Of a stretch of DNA of 64,000 nt, positions 1 to 10,074 are shown piece after piece. Below the pieces are notes generated by a model. The model searched no databases and was not told where the DNA came from. It saw only the letters and a program-made list of their open reading frames with translations. Source of the DNA: Savitreella phatthalungensis (Eukaryota); assembly GCA_051599415.1 (NCBI GenBank), contig AP039690.1, forward strand, positions 248,001 to 312,000, in the 5' to 3' direction. Numbering within the stretch: position 1 is the first letter of the stretch; every line of letters starts with the position of its first letter. The translations under genes were made by a program, and so were the position numbers.

Positions 1-336
1 CCATGCGCGCCAAACGAGCATCTTTTGGGCGAGAGAAAGCTCATCCTGAGCCTGTTTCAAGATCTCTTCCACTAAGCCAGCCTCGATCTGCTGCTCAATC
101 TGCGAAAGATCTTCTGTCTTCTCGACCACGCTTTTCCGCTGGCGCGTAAGAGCTTCAGTCGCTCGTCTGTAAACGGATTCCTCGGGCATGCCACTCAGAG
201 CTTCTAGTGTAGCATCGTACGCTTGCAGCAGTGAAGGTCGCGGGTTTGGATCGGCCTTGAGACCTGTGATTCCTGTCGTCGCGTGGCGCTTGATGGCGGC
301 AGCGGTTGTGTTCAACAGCGTCCGCGATACTCTCAT
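1..336 (-). CDS. NDUFA5: NADH:ubiquinone oxidoreductase 29.9 kDa subunit (NDUFA5 family), 3' end runs off the window
   Basis: Not in the ORF track. Manual translation from ATG 336 gives MRVSRTLL...TTGITGLKADPNPRPSLLQAYDATLEALSGMPEESVYRRATEALTRQR...IEQQIEAGLVEEILKQAQDEL...MLVWRAW, the complex I NDUFA5 signature. Confidence 0.92.
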   Translation of the reverse strand, partial: MRVSRTLLNTTAAAIKRHATTGITGLKADPNPRPSLLQAYDATLEALSGMPEESVYRRATEALTRQRKSVVEKTEDLSQIEQQIEAGLVEEILKQAQDELSLAQKMLVWRAW

Positions 337-757
337 CTTATCCAATAGCGTCGATGCAGGTAACCAGAGAATGTCTCTAACTGACTTGCTGCGTTCAACG
401 CTCTCGATTGTGGCTGTCGTTCTGATGCTAAGACTCTCATGTAGTCCTCTCCTTGATTGAACGATCGTTCGATCGTAATTTGTCTGAAATGCACGTGTGG
501 ATACGAGATGACACGAATACACACGTGAACTCAGATTGAGCTTCCGTCACCGAACCCAAAAGGGAACTGACGAGATTTCCCCACATCCACCCGTAACATT
601 GGCTTGATAAGCTGTCTACAGGCAGACTGCAAGTATCGCCATCGTCGACCTCTACACGAGTAGCGCCACTCGCCGGAGATATTGGCGAACCCATTGATAT
701 CAAACGCACTCTGGGCGCATATCGGGCAATCATTATCATTCCGAATCTATCAAACGC

Positions 758-1309
758 ATGTCACGCTTCCTACAGGCTTGGCAGGTCGGGAAGCCTATCG
801 ATGTTCACACATTCCCTCGACCGCCTCTTCTCGAGCGAGTTCCTTTTCGCCTGCAGATCCTGTGCTCGGGTGCCGATCCGGCAAATCCTAGGCCACAAGA
901 TACGATCGCTGACACGAGGAACGCTTGGTGGGTGTTAGAAACACATCATCCACCCACTTACTATATACCGCCACGCGACATTAAATCGCGAATCTCTCCC
1001 ACGCCTGGTAATCGTGGTACTCATTGTGAGTGGAAAGGAGCTGCAACGTACTGGGACGTCTTTGCTGGCGATCAAGACGCGGCAATTCGCGGCAAAGCGT
1101 GGTCATATGAACAGCCGACGGCCAGTTTTATACCCATCGCTGGCCACTTGTCCTTCTATGCGACCGAAGGGACAAATACATGGGATTGTTATGTTGACGG
1201 CGAGAAGGTTCATCCGCAGCCGGGAGATTTTTACGGCGGGTGGATGTCATCGCGCATCGATGGTGGTAAGCAGGGCGTGAAGGGTCCTGCGGGCACCTGG
1301 GGCTGGTAA
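758..1309 (+). CDS. DUF427 family protein
   Basis: Motifs FPRPP, VLETHHPPTYYIP, T.CEWKG.A.YW, AWSY..P and QPGDFYGGW. Confidence 0.85.
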   Translation: MSRFLQAWQVGKPIDVHTFPRPPLLERVPFRLQILCSGADPANPRPQDTIADTRNAWWVLETHHPPTYYIPPRDIKSRISPTPGNRGTHCEWKGAATYWDVFAGDQDAAIRGKAWSYEQPTASFIPIAGHLSFYATEGTNTWDCYVDGEKVHPQPGDFYGGWMSSRIDGGKQGVKGPAGTWGW

Positions 1310-1722
1310 GGTCACACTATATCATAGGCACGACGTGGGATTATTTTCACGCTCAGGAACTCATTGTGCTCACGCGTGGAAGGACATCTGTCACTGTCAA
1401 TTTCCTGGTGACAGGCTTCAATCTTGAAATGCAAGTTCGTGCCTACTTCGACCAGAGGCTTTGAACATGACGGCGGGCAACCTGAGCAACAGCAGAAACT
1501 ATGGAGCAAAGATGCATGACAGATATGTGCGCCTTAGTGCCCTGGCGCGGCCTCATTGCGGCAGGGTTGCTCCTGGGCATGGTGCTATTGGCATTGGATT
1601 TCTGCACACGCACTCGCTTCATAAGAGCGCACGTGGCCGACCGATCTCTAGACGTAGCTATGACGATGATGGTGCTGAGGATCCCATTCTCCATGCTCTG
1701 CGTCTGCATGGCGCATTGTCGT

Positions 1723-2733
1723 TTATCTGCGGACGAACGCTCGGCCTGTCGCAGTCTTTGCAGCACGTTCTTGGTTTTCCGGCTTTGCTCGATTCAGGAC
1801 CTTGAGGAATTCTGCCACACGCGCGCGCATGCGCTGATGCATATAAGCCTTTGAAGCCTTGATATGGAAGTGGAGCGTGTTGCGGAACATCTGAATATGC
1901 GAAATGCAGTGTTCGCGCTTCTCTGGGTTCGTTGCAAAGTGACGAGGAAATAGAACAAATGTGACATAGCCAATATTGTCATCAAGCCTGAGTCCAGGTA
2001 GTCCACGAATCTCAAGCGGGGGGTCGCGTATGGTGAAAAGTACTTGAGGCGCATTCTGCACGGCTGGTCGCCGACGTGCATCATAAAATTCCTGTAAGAA
2101 TACTTTGGCGAAGACACGATCCGTCTCTTCGCGGAAGACCGTAGAGAAGATGACTGTAACACGGTCGGCGGAGGCTTGGATGAAGATCGCCTCTTCTTCG
2201 CGGTATTGCACGATCATCAGTTCGCCCTTTTCCGAAGGCGCTGCTGACTCCGCTGCGGCCGCCGTGGCCAGGTTTGTCGTCGTCGACTTTGCCGCCGCTG
2301 CGGAGCTTCGTGCGCTTTCCTTCTTTGCCAGCTGCTCGTGCTCGTCAAAAGCGCGCTCGAAAGGCGCTGCGAGTGCATTTCGCTTGATCAGAGCTAGCTT
2401 TGTAATAATAGTTTCCCTGGTCTCCGCATCTTCTGGTATTTGCGAGAGGTCTATTTGTAGAGAATAATCGTAACCCTGCTCCGGCGTCGGGAGCGTCATG
2501 CCAGGATACTCCCGCTCCATGATAGCGTCTGCGCCATACCGCTTCAGCTGCTCATAGCATGCCATAGCTAATGAAATGGTGAGCTTGGCAGGATTGTCGC
2601 GTTCTGGAGTGGAGACACGGATCGTCACGCCATCGAAATCGGAAATGAGCTGAGCTGTTGGAGTCGGCCCGTTGGCGAGTCTCTCTGTGACTATATTCCT
2701 CAACAGCTCATTCTGGTACCCCAGATCGATCAT
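1723..2733 (-). CDS. ARC35: Arp2/3 complex 34 kDa subunit (ARPC2)
   Basis: SDFDGV, YREEEAIFI, DRVTVIFSTVF, KVFLQEF and HFHIKASKAYMHQRMR. ATG at 2733 (MIDLGYQN) is preferred over the upstream GTG. Confidence 0.96.
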   Translation of the reverse strand: MIDLGYQNELLRNIVTERLANGPTPTAQLISDFDGVTIRVSTPERDNPAKLTISLAMACYEQLKRYGADAIMEREYPGMTLPTPEQGYDYSLQIDLSQIPEDAETRETIITKLALIKRNALAAPFERAFDEHEQLAKKESARSSAAAAKSTTTNLATAAAAESAAPSEKGELMIVQYREEEAIFIQASADRVTVIFSTVFREETDRVFAKVFLQEFYDARRRPAVQNAPQVLFTIRDPPLEIRGLPGLRLDDNIGYVTFVLFPRHFATNPEKREHCISHIQMFRNTLHFHIKASKAYMHQRMRARVAEFLKVLNRAKPENQERAAKTATGRAFVRR

Positions 2734-3037
2734 GACGGATCTCTTGGCCTGATCAGGCACTCGCTACACGTCCTTCACGTCTTCAAACTCCTGACCGTGA
2801 ATGCGCATTTTCCCGATGACGACGATTCAATATTGGCCCGTGTAGCGAATGCTACAGTTCGAGTGATCGCATCGGAAACACGTGTGTACTGAAATGGCCT
2901 ACCAAAATACGTGCAAGTTACATCCGGCTGGAATTTGCCTCGACATGCACTATAGCGCCAGTATGGCAAGCAGGGCTTCTTGTCACGCTCGAAGCAATAA
3001 ATTCTGTACAATGTCATTGCTTAAACAGTGCGCATCG

Positions 3038-5866
3038 CTATAGAATTGTCGCAAAGGCTCTCTTCTTTGAAGGCTCCTGCACGTCAGCGAATTCAGTAAC
3101 GCCATCATAGCGCATCTCTTGCTTGACAAATCGCAGAGCTGCGAGATTGTAACCAAGCAGATCACGCTCGCGGTTCAGAGCGAGTCGCAGGTGCCCGCGG
3201 ACGGAATCGAGCATCGACCGCATCAAACGGTTTGCGACGATCTGCTGGTGAAAATTGCGAAGCAGGAAAACGATGATTCGCGTCGTCAGTGCGATGTCCC
3301 AGCCGTTCTGCGCCCAGATGTCGCAGAAGCGTAGCAACGTTATGATCCTGTCGAATGGCAGGACCAAGAGGGCAGCCTCGATTTGACTGGCCTTGACACC
3401 GCGCACAGTGTTAAGGACGTGTCGCTCCGATGCAATGTTGCCAAGAGCGACGAGTATCGGATGTCGCTGAGGTTGTCCGAGCGCTGGTCGCGCCAACTTT
3501 TCCCGTTCATACTCTCGCATAAGGAGCAGATCGGACTCGCCAATGTCGAGCGACTCGGCAATCTTCTCGCTTGCCGTGAGCGATTCGATTGTCGTATGCC
3601 CAGAGACAGCCGTCGATGCATTCGCAGCCTCCACGACATCATCCGCTTCGCCAGGGCCGTCTGCCGCATTTTCCAATATTTCCTGTCTTCGTAACTGATC
3701 AGTCAATTGATCCTCATACATGGTCTCGAGCTCTTTCTCTCGCTCTTCTTCCAAAAAGACCGGATCGTCTGACATGCGCCATACGCGAATCGACCTGTCG
3801 TGTCCGCCCGTGACGACGAAATCCGGCCCAACGTCGAGGGCGCTTACTTCAGCATGATGTCCGTCGAGGCGCAGGATGCTCTCAAATCGGTCTCCATCCC
3901 AATAGCGGATCTGTCTGTCGCGCGAGCAACTGAAGAAGTTGTGGCCAGAGTTGTCCCCGTCATTGCTCTGAGACCCGTATGTCCGTTGGAATTTGACCCG
4001 TAGAACAGCATCGCTGTGTGCGAAGATGCTCTTATGGCAATCACCAAAATCAAGGCCCCAGAGCTTGACATTCTTGTCAGCTGACGATGTTACGAGGAGC
4101 TTATTATCCTGGGCAATGTCCATGTCTAGTACCGGCAGCTTGTGGCCGTACAAGCTGAGATAGAACTTCAAGGTGTCGGCGAAGAAGACTTTGACGGTGT
4201 TATCGAGCAGCGATACTGCCAAGAGCTTACCATCAGGCGAGAACCGGATGGCGAGAACGTCGTCCGTCAACTTCAAAGTTCTGGATTGCTTTAAGGTGAT
4301 TTGATTGGTCGTGCGCGTGGTGCCGAGGACCGGCTTTTGTCGAGTCTCAATTTTCCAGAATTTGACTGTCTTGTCTGCTGACCCTGAGGCGATGCTTGTG
4401 CCATCGGGGTGAAGATGCAAGCTCGAAACGACGCCTTCGTGAGCGGCGACGGACTCAACGAGAGAGGCGGCTGCCACATCGAAGAGCTCAAGCTCGCCCT
4501 CCTTTGTAGCGACAACAATATATCGATCGCTAAGCATCCAGCTCAGACTAGTGGCGGACCCGCAAGCAAGAGTACGTATGCATGTGCCTGAGGATACATT
4601 CCACAATTTGAGCTGACCGTCGGAAACCGAGGCGAAGACGTCGGCGGCACCATTCAGAGCACCACATCGAATTTCACTTTGATGCCCTGGCAGCTGCAGC
4701 GCATACGATGTCTGATAGTCAGGGACGTCATTTTTGTGGTCTAGCGCTTCGGCCACGGGCACTGTAAACGTCTCGAGCGAATTGTTCGACAGCGCTGCGA
4801 ATAGACGTATCTGTGAGTTGTCCGGGCTGTCCAGCCAGGCGACCGATCGCACGCGTGCATTTGCGCGAATTGTCACATAGGATACAAGACGATCGGCGGC
4901 GTCAAGACATGATGCGTCATCCTTTAGGTCCTGCTCATCGCCTTCTTTGGCCTTACGCTTTCTTCGACGCTTTTTCAGCTTCTCGATTTCGAGTTCAGAG
5001 CGAAGCCTAAAGAGCTCCACAGACTTGTCTGTGCCGTGAGCCGCCAAGTAGTGTCCATCAGCATTAAAAGCTAAGGTCTGTGGGCGAGTTCGAGATTGCC
5101 TATTGACCGACCCTAGACTACTGATGACAGGCTTTTCAGTCTCCAGATCGGCATGATGGTCCAGTCTCCAAAGTTTGAGCTCGCCATCCAGCCCAGCCGT
5201 AACGACATACGGAGCAAAAGACGCGAGCGCCCAGCATTCGCCAGTATGGGCTGTATGAGTCTCGATGCAATCAGCAACATCCAAGTTCCAAACCTTGATG
5301 AGACCATCCTTCGCTGTTGAGATGAGATGAGTGGCGCCTGAGCCTGAGGCTAGGGAAATAGGTTCTGGCGCCACGAATTGGAGACCGGTGATTTGGTCGC
5401 TGTGGCCCTTCAGCCTAGCGATACCAACTTCCGCTACAACATCCCAAAGAACAATATTGGTATCGCGAGAACCGCTCGCTAGTCGAATACCGGGACCGTC
5501 AAACGACAGGGCAGTGATAGCCGTCCTATGGCCATTCAAGACAACCCTGAGGGAATCTGTTGCGGCGTCCCAGATACGCACACTTCCATCTGAATAGCCA
5601 GCTGCAAAGAAATTTTGCGCATCTGTGCGCGCTATTTGTGTCACTTCTGCTCGACAATCGTCATCATGCCAACGAGCACAGATTTCTCCCTTCTTAATGT
5701 CCCAAGTCAGGATATCCTCGAGCGCTGGTACGACCGCCCGACCGGCGCTGACCGGCCCGCTCACCGTTTTTACTGCGCTATCGAAACAAACAAGCGCATT
5801 GCTGTTGTTCGAACAGATGACACCGAAAGTCTGTGCTGCTTCGAAGCGATCATATGATCGAACCAT
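3038..5866 (-). CDS. DIP2: U3 snoRNP WD40 protein Utp12/Dip2
   Basis: Many WD repeats, KFYLSLYGHKLPVL, ADKNVKLWGLDFGDCHKSIFAH and a C-terminal Utp12 domain. Confidence 0.96.
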   Translation of the reverse strand: MVRSYDRFEAAQTFGVICSNNSNALVCFDSAVKTVSGPVSAGRAVVPALEDILTWDIKKGEICARWHDDDCRAEVTQIARTDAQNFFAAGYSDGSVRIWDAATDSLRVVLNGHRTAITALSFDGPGIRLASGSRDTNIVLWDVVAEVGIARLKGHSDQITGLQFVAPEPISLASGSGATHLISTAKDGLIKVWNLDVADCIETHTAHTGECWALASFAPYVVTAGLDGELKLWRLDHHADLETEKPVISSLGSVNRQSRTRPQTLAFNADGHYLAAHGTDKSVELFRLRSELEIEKLKKRRRKRKAKEGDEQDLKDDASCLDAADRLVSYVTIRANARVRSVAWLDSPDNSQIRLFAALSNNSLETFTVPVAEALDHKNDVPDYQTSYALQLPGHQSEIRCGALNGAADVFASVSDGQLKLWNVSSGTCIRTLACGSATSLSWMLSDRYIVVATKEGELELFDVAAASLVESVAAHEGVVSSLHLHPDGTSIASGSADKTVKFWKIETRQKPVLGTTRTTNQITLKQSRTLKLTDDVLAIRFSPDGKLLAVSLLDNTVKVFFADTLKFYLSLYGHKLPVLDMDIAQDNKLLVTSSADKNVKLWGLDFGDCHKSIFAHSDAVLRVKFQRTYGSQSNDGDNSGHNFFSCSRDRQIRYWDGDRFESILRLDGHHAEVSALDVGPDFVVTGGHDRSIRVWRMSDDPVFLEEEREKELETMYEDQLTDQLRRQEILENAADGPGEADDVVEAANASTAVSGHTTIESLTASEKIAESLDIGESDLLLMREYEREKLARPALGQPQRHPILVALGNIASERHVLNTVRGVKASQIEAALLVLPFDRIITLLRFCDIWAQNGWDIALTTRIIVFLLRNFHQQIVANRLMRSMLDSVRGHLRLALNRERDLLGYNLAALRFVKQEMRYDGVTEFADVQEPSKKRAFATIL

Positions 5867-6781
5867 TTTCAGAAGTGTAGCGGCAGGCCGATGATGTGGT
5901 CGCGTCTAATTCAGCGGAAGTCGACTTGGGAAGGCCAATGAGTCATACCGATACTTTGAACAGGCTGACACGATGTGTTTATTGACTTGACTCCTCAGAC
6001 TAGGTGAAAATGTAGAGGGAGGAGGGCACTCGGTGATGGCATCAACAATAATGGTTCCTGACTGGATCAAATGCAACACAGCGCTAGTTTGATCTCTTTA
6101 ACAGTCGGCTGCATAAAGGAAACTCTAGATTTATATTGATCTTGATATACACTATGTAGTATCGGATATTGAAGCTTGAAAATTGTGCATGATTTTGGTG
6201 TCACACGTGCATATGAATTGAGTCGATTGTCCGTGCACTCCAGATCATATGATTTGTAATGATTCTGACGTCGACACTCGAAGCTCAACCACAGACTCGA
6301 TCTGCTATTGGTATTGAAATACAAACAAGACCTGTTTTGCCCAGATCCTTCATTGAAGGAAACCAAGGTCTCCATCTACTTGTGTTCTTTTGTCCAGTAT
6401 TTCAATAGTAGGATGTATTGCAGGCTACACACAAATTATGTGTTTGGTGGACTTGCTGCATGTGTCATGCATGTGCATGTGTATAAGCATATGCGATGCA
6501 ATTTTGAATGATTAATACGTACCTCTACACACATCCTGCTTTCCAAATTGTAAATCTTCGATTGCCATATCCATCCTACACGCACGTCTCAGGAGTTCGT
6601 TAACGGCTAGATAGCGTTTCAGATTGATCGAGCTTACATCGTCGACTGTCGACTGTGGCAGTCATATCTGTTCGAACAACTCTGGTCTATCACCCTCTGT
6701 CTATTTCCTGAGATCGCTGAGAGAGCTGCAGTCCTAGATTGTCCGACGAAATCGACTGTTGACTCCGCTGGGTCTGTAATT

Positions 6782-8029
6782 ATGGTGTACAAAGGTCTTG
6801 CGATCGTCGCAGCTGCTCTTGCGGCGCTTGTGGCATTAAACTTCCAGCTGATACTCAAGGGCAAGCCTAATAAGCGTGTCTGGATGACGTTGCTCACAAA
6901 TGGAGACTATCTCGATGGAGCTCTCACACTGGACTATTCGCTCAAGCATCATCAATCCAAATACCCGCTCATAGTCATGCACCCGCAAGACATTGATCAG
7001 AAAGTTCTCGATGAATTGCACCGACGCAGCATTCAAACAAAGCCGATCAATATGATCTTCCCTGCGACACACAAGGACTATGGCATTGATACTCGCTTCT
7101 ACGACTGCTGGTCAAAGCTGCTACCACACGGTATGACTGAATATGACCGCGTGGTTGAGCTAGATGCCGACATGCTGCTCTTGAAGAACGCAGACGAGCT
7201 CATTGAGATGCCGCTAGAGCGCGGATCGATGGCGGCGACTCACGCCTGTGTCTGTAATCCCCGCAAGTTCGATCACTATCCGATTGACTGGGTGCCCGAA
7301 TCGTGTGCGTATACCGCACAACACGGAGAGCCCGAAACGGCTCACCTGAACGAACATACGCCCCAAGCTACCTTTGGTCTCGGCATCCTCAATGGCGGAT
7401 TGCAGGTTGTCGATCCCAACCAGAAGCACTTCAACGATATCATGGAAATTCTCAGCAACGCCACATTGACGGACAGTTTCGCCTTTGCAGATCAGTCACT
7501 GCTTTCATACTACTTCGGCGACAAGTGGACGCCATTACCTTATGTGTACAACGCGCTCAAAACACTCAGATCAGTGCATGAACCTATTTGGCGTGATGAC
7601 AAGGTCAAGATTGTACACTACATATTGAGCGACAAGCCCTGGAAGGATATGCTCAAACAGGACTCAGAGTTCGAGCCAAATCGCTGGTGGTGGCAAATGA
7701 ACGAGCTGCGCTTGAGGCGTGAGCAGATCGATGTTTTGCGCAAGGAGATCGATGCTCTGGTTTCTCAAACTAAGACCGTTCTCTTTTCAAAGAGCTACTG
7801 TCCATATTGCCGCAACGCAAAACGCATACTCTCAGAAGCCGGCATCAAATATCGCTTGATCGAGCTCGATCAGCGTGACGATGGCCAGGAGATGCAGGTG
7901 GCTCTGAGTGAGAAATCAGGCTCGAGAACCGTCCCGCAGCTCTTCGTCTATAACAAATACATTGGTGGTTCCAGCGACCTGCAGCGGATAGCGGACGAGG
8001 AACATGGCATGAAAAAGCTTTTCGCATAG
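6782..8029 (+). CDS. Type II membrane GT8 glycosyltransferase (similar to S. pombe Otg galactosyltransferases) fused to a C-terminal dithiol glutaredoxin
   Basis: N-terminal signal anchor; GT8 motifs CWSKL, LDADML (DxD), HACVCNP, NGG, DQSLL, YNALKT and VHYILSDKPW. These are followed in frame by FSKSYCPYC...RTVPQLFV...IGGSSD. Confidence 0.88.
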   Translation: MVYKGLAIVAAALAALVALNFQLILKGKPNKRVWMTLLTNGDYLDGALTLDYSLKHHQSKYPLIVMHPQDIDQKVLDELHRRSIQTKPINMIFPATHKDYGIDTRFYDCWSKLLPHGMTEYDRVVELDADMLLLKNADELIEMPLERGSMAATHACVCNPRKFDHYPIDWVPESCAYTAQHGEPETAHLNEHTPQATFGLGILNGGLQVVDPNQKHFNDIMEILSNATLTDSFAFADQSLLSYYFGDKWTPLPYVYNALKTLRSVHEPIWRDDKVKIVHYILSDKPWKDMLKQDSEFEPNRWWWQMNELRLRREQIDVLRKEIDALVSQTKTVLFSKSYCPYCRNAKRILSEAGIKYRLIELDQRDDGQEMQVALSEKSGSRTVPQLFVYNKYIGGSSDLQRIADEEHGMKKLFA

Positions 8030-8414
8030 ACTGACGGTGTAGATACTGTAACAAGTCAGCATAGGAAGGCAAAATGTAGGATGAATGCAAGACTCAGCCG
8101 TGACTCGCCACTTGGCGCTACCTGTTGAGAAAAGTACGACGCCGACTTCAAGCCCCTATCCCATCATGCATGAAGCTGTTCTTCAATCGTGTCGGCCGGG
8201 CATGACAATGCTCGCGCAGCGCGATGGTCCATGGCTTCTAGCGTCCGAAAATCACGCGCTCCGCAATGATCAGGAATCTGTCCGGATCCCTTCCTGCAAT
8301 CCCGTGGCGTGCGCAGGATACCGAAACGAATTCCCTTCTGCAATATAGTGAAATGCATAACAGTAGTTCTGGTGGGGGGATCTATTGAAACAGAATGAAA
8401 AGACCTGTAGGTAA

Positions 8415-10016
8415 ATGAAGAGGGCAATGCTCGGCCGGCATTGTAAATATCTGTCACGCCATGTGAGTGGCAAGGCTTATGTGAGCTCTACAGCAACGGA
8501 CAGCTTTGATGTCGGCAAGTTTGCGCGCCTGATCATTGCCGGTCGTGTATGCGACAGCCAGCAAACGTTTGAGGTTCGCGGTGCTGATGATACTGTTGTC
8601 TCGGGCGCATACGACACAGACGCAGGGCAGGCGGAATCTGCAGCCTTCGCGTGCTCAATTGCACAGCATGCGTGGTCACAACAATCCCTCCACCATCGCA
8701 AGGAATTCCTGAGAAAGGCTTTGAGCTTGCTCATATCAAGAAGAGATGAATTGGCTACGATTGCTCGGGAGGAGCTCGGTGGCTCGCCAGAATGGCTGAA
8801 TTTTGATGTAACTGTGCTCGCGACCGGGTCTCTTCGGGGGCTTCTCGACACAGCAGACGCTGCACTTGCGCCGACAAGGATCGAACGAGAGGATGGCGGA
8901 ATCTCCATTGTGACCAGACATCCTCATGGTGTCTGTCTCGCCGTGGCGCCGTGGAATGCCCCTTTTGTGCTCACAGCACGTGCGATAGCGACCCCGCTGC
9001 TTGCGGGCAATGCTTGTGTGCTGAAGACATCCGAACGTAGTCCACGTACGCAGCTTGCGTTAGCTCAGGTCTTCCTAGACGCAGGTCTGCCAGCAGATCT
9101 GCTGGCCGTTCTGCACAGCTCTCGTGCCGCGGCACCGCATCTCATCTCACGACTCGTGGCTTCGGACAATATACAACATGTGAATTTTACCGGTGGATTC
9201 GTTGCTGGTTCTAAGATTGCAGCTGCTTGTGGACGAGCCATGAAACCCTGTCTGATGGAGCTTGGCGGCAAGGCATGTGCTATCGTCCTCGAGGACGCTG
9301 ACATTGATACAGCTGTCAATCAGATCCTGGTTGGTACGCTGCTCCATGCTGGGCAAATCTGCATGTCTACAGAGCGCGTCATTTTCGTCGGTACGAACAT
9401 CGCATTCGAGGATTTCTGTCGAAAGATCTCATTAGCTGCCAAGCACCATCCGCTTGCTTTGCACGTCAAACCGCTAGCGCTTGGTGTACGTTCCTCGGAT
9501 CTGAAGACCTTGATCTCAGAGGCGATTTCCGCAGGTGCGAGGAACGTTTTGGACCATGACGCGCATGCCAGCCATTCATCTCGTACGCTGGCACCAAACT
9601 TTCTGAGGGATGTGCCAACCTCGTGCAAAATCAACAAGGAGGAGACCTTTGGTCCTGTGTGCTTGCTTGAGCACATTGATAGCGCACGAGTCCCAGCTGG
9701 CGATCTACACAATCAGATCGTCGATCGCGTTAATTCCGGAAACTCCGGGCTCACAGTCAGTATCTTCTCTTCAAGCCTGCCTGAAGCTGATCAGAAGCTG
9801 ATGATTGACGTATACGACGGCCATGCACTACAGCTCGCCCGACGCCTGAACACCGCAGCAATTCACTTCAATAAAATGACTGTAGGCGATGATGGTCGCG
9901 TACCTCACGGAGGATTCAGACTAAGCGGCTTTGGACGCTTCAATGGCTTGGAAGGCTTGCGCAGCTTCTCGCAAACTAAAACATGGAACTTTCCGGCTAG
10001 GTGTGTCCCGCCATGA
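8415..10016 (+). CDS. Aldehyde dehydrogenase (salicylaldehyde/vanillin dehydrogenase-like)
   Basis: APWNAP, LKTSE, NFTG, LMELGGK (catalytic Glu), GQICMS (catalytic Cys), EETFGP and PHGG...SGFGRF. Confidence 0.9.
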   Translation: MKRAMLGRHCKYLSRHVSGKAYVSSTATDSFDVGKFARLIIAGRVCDSQQTFEVRGADDTVVSGAYDTDAGQAESAAFACSIAQHAWSQQSLHHRKEFLRKALSLLISRRDELATIAREELGGSPEWLNFDVTVLATGSLRGLLDTADAALAPTRIEREDGGISIVTRHPHGVCLAVAPWNAPFVLTARAIATPLLAGNACVLKTSERSPRTQLALAQVFLDAGLPADLLAVLHSSRAAAPHLISRLVASDNIQHVNFTGGFVAGSKIAAACGRAMKPCLMELGGKACAIVLEDADIDTAVNQILVGTLLHAGQICMSTERVIFVGTNIAFEDFCRKISLAAKHHPLALHVKPLALGVRSSDLKTLISEAISAGARNVLDHDAHASHSSRTLAPNFLRDVPTSCKINKEETFGPVCLLEHIDSARVPAGDLHNQIVDRVNSGNSGLTVSIFSSSLPEADQKLMIDVYDGHALQLARRLNTAAIHFNKMTVGDDGRVPHGGFRLSGFGRFNGLEGLRSFSQTKTWNFPARCVPP

Positions 10017-10074
10017 CCAGCGCATGGCTTCCAATGGATAGTCCGAGTGCAGGTAGCTGGTTAAGGCGCTACAT

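Noticed and set aside
1443..1854. Small ORFs between the DUF427 gene and ARC35
   Set aside because: They overlap the ARC35 3' end and have no recognisable homology.
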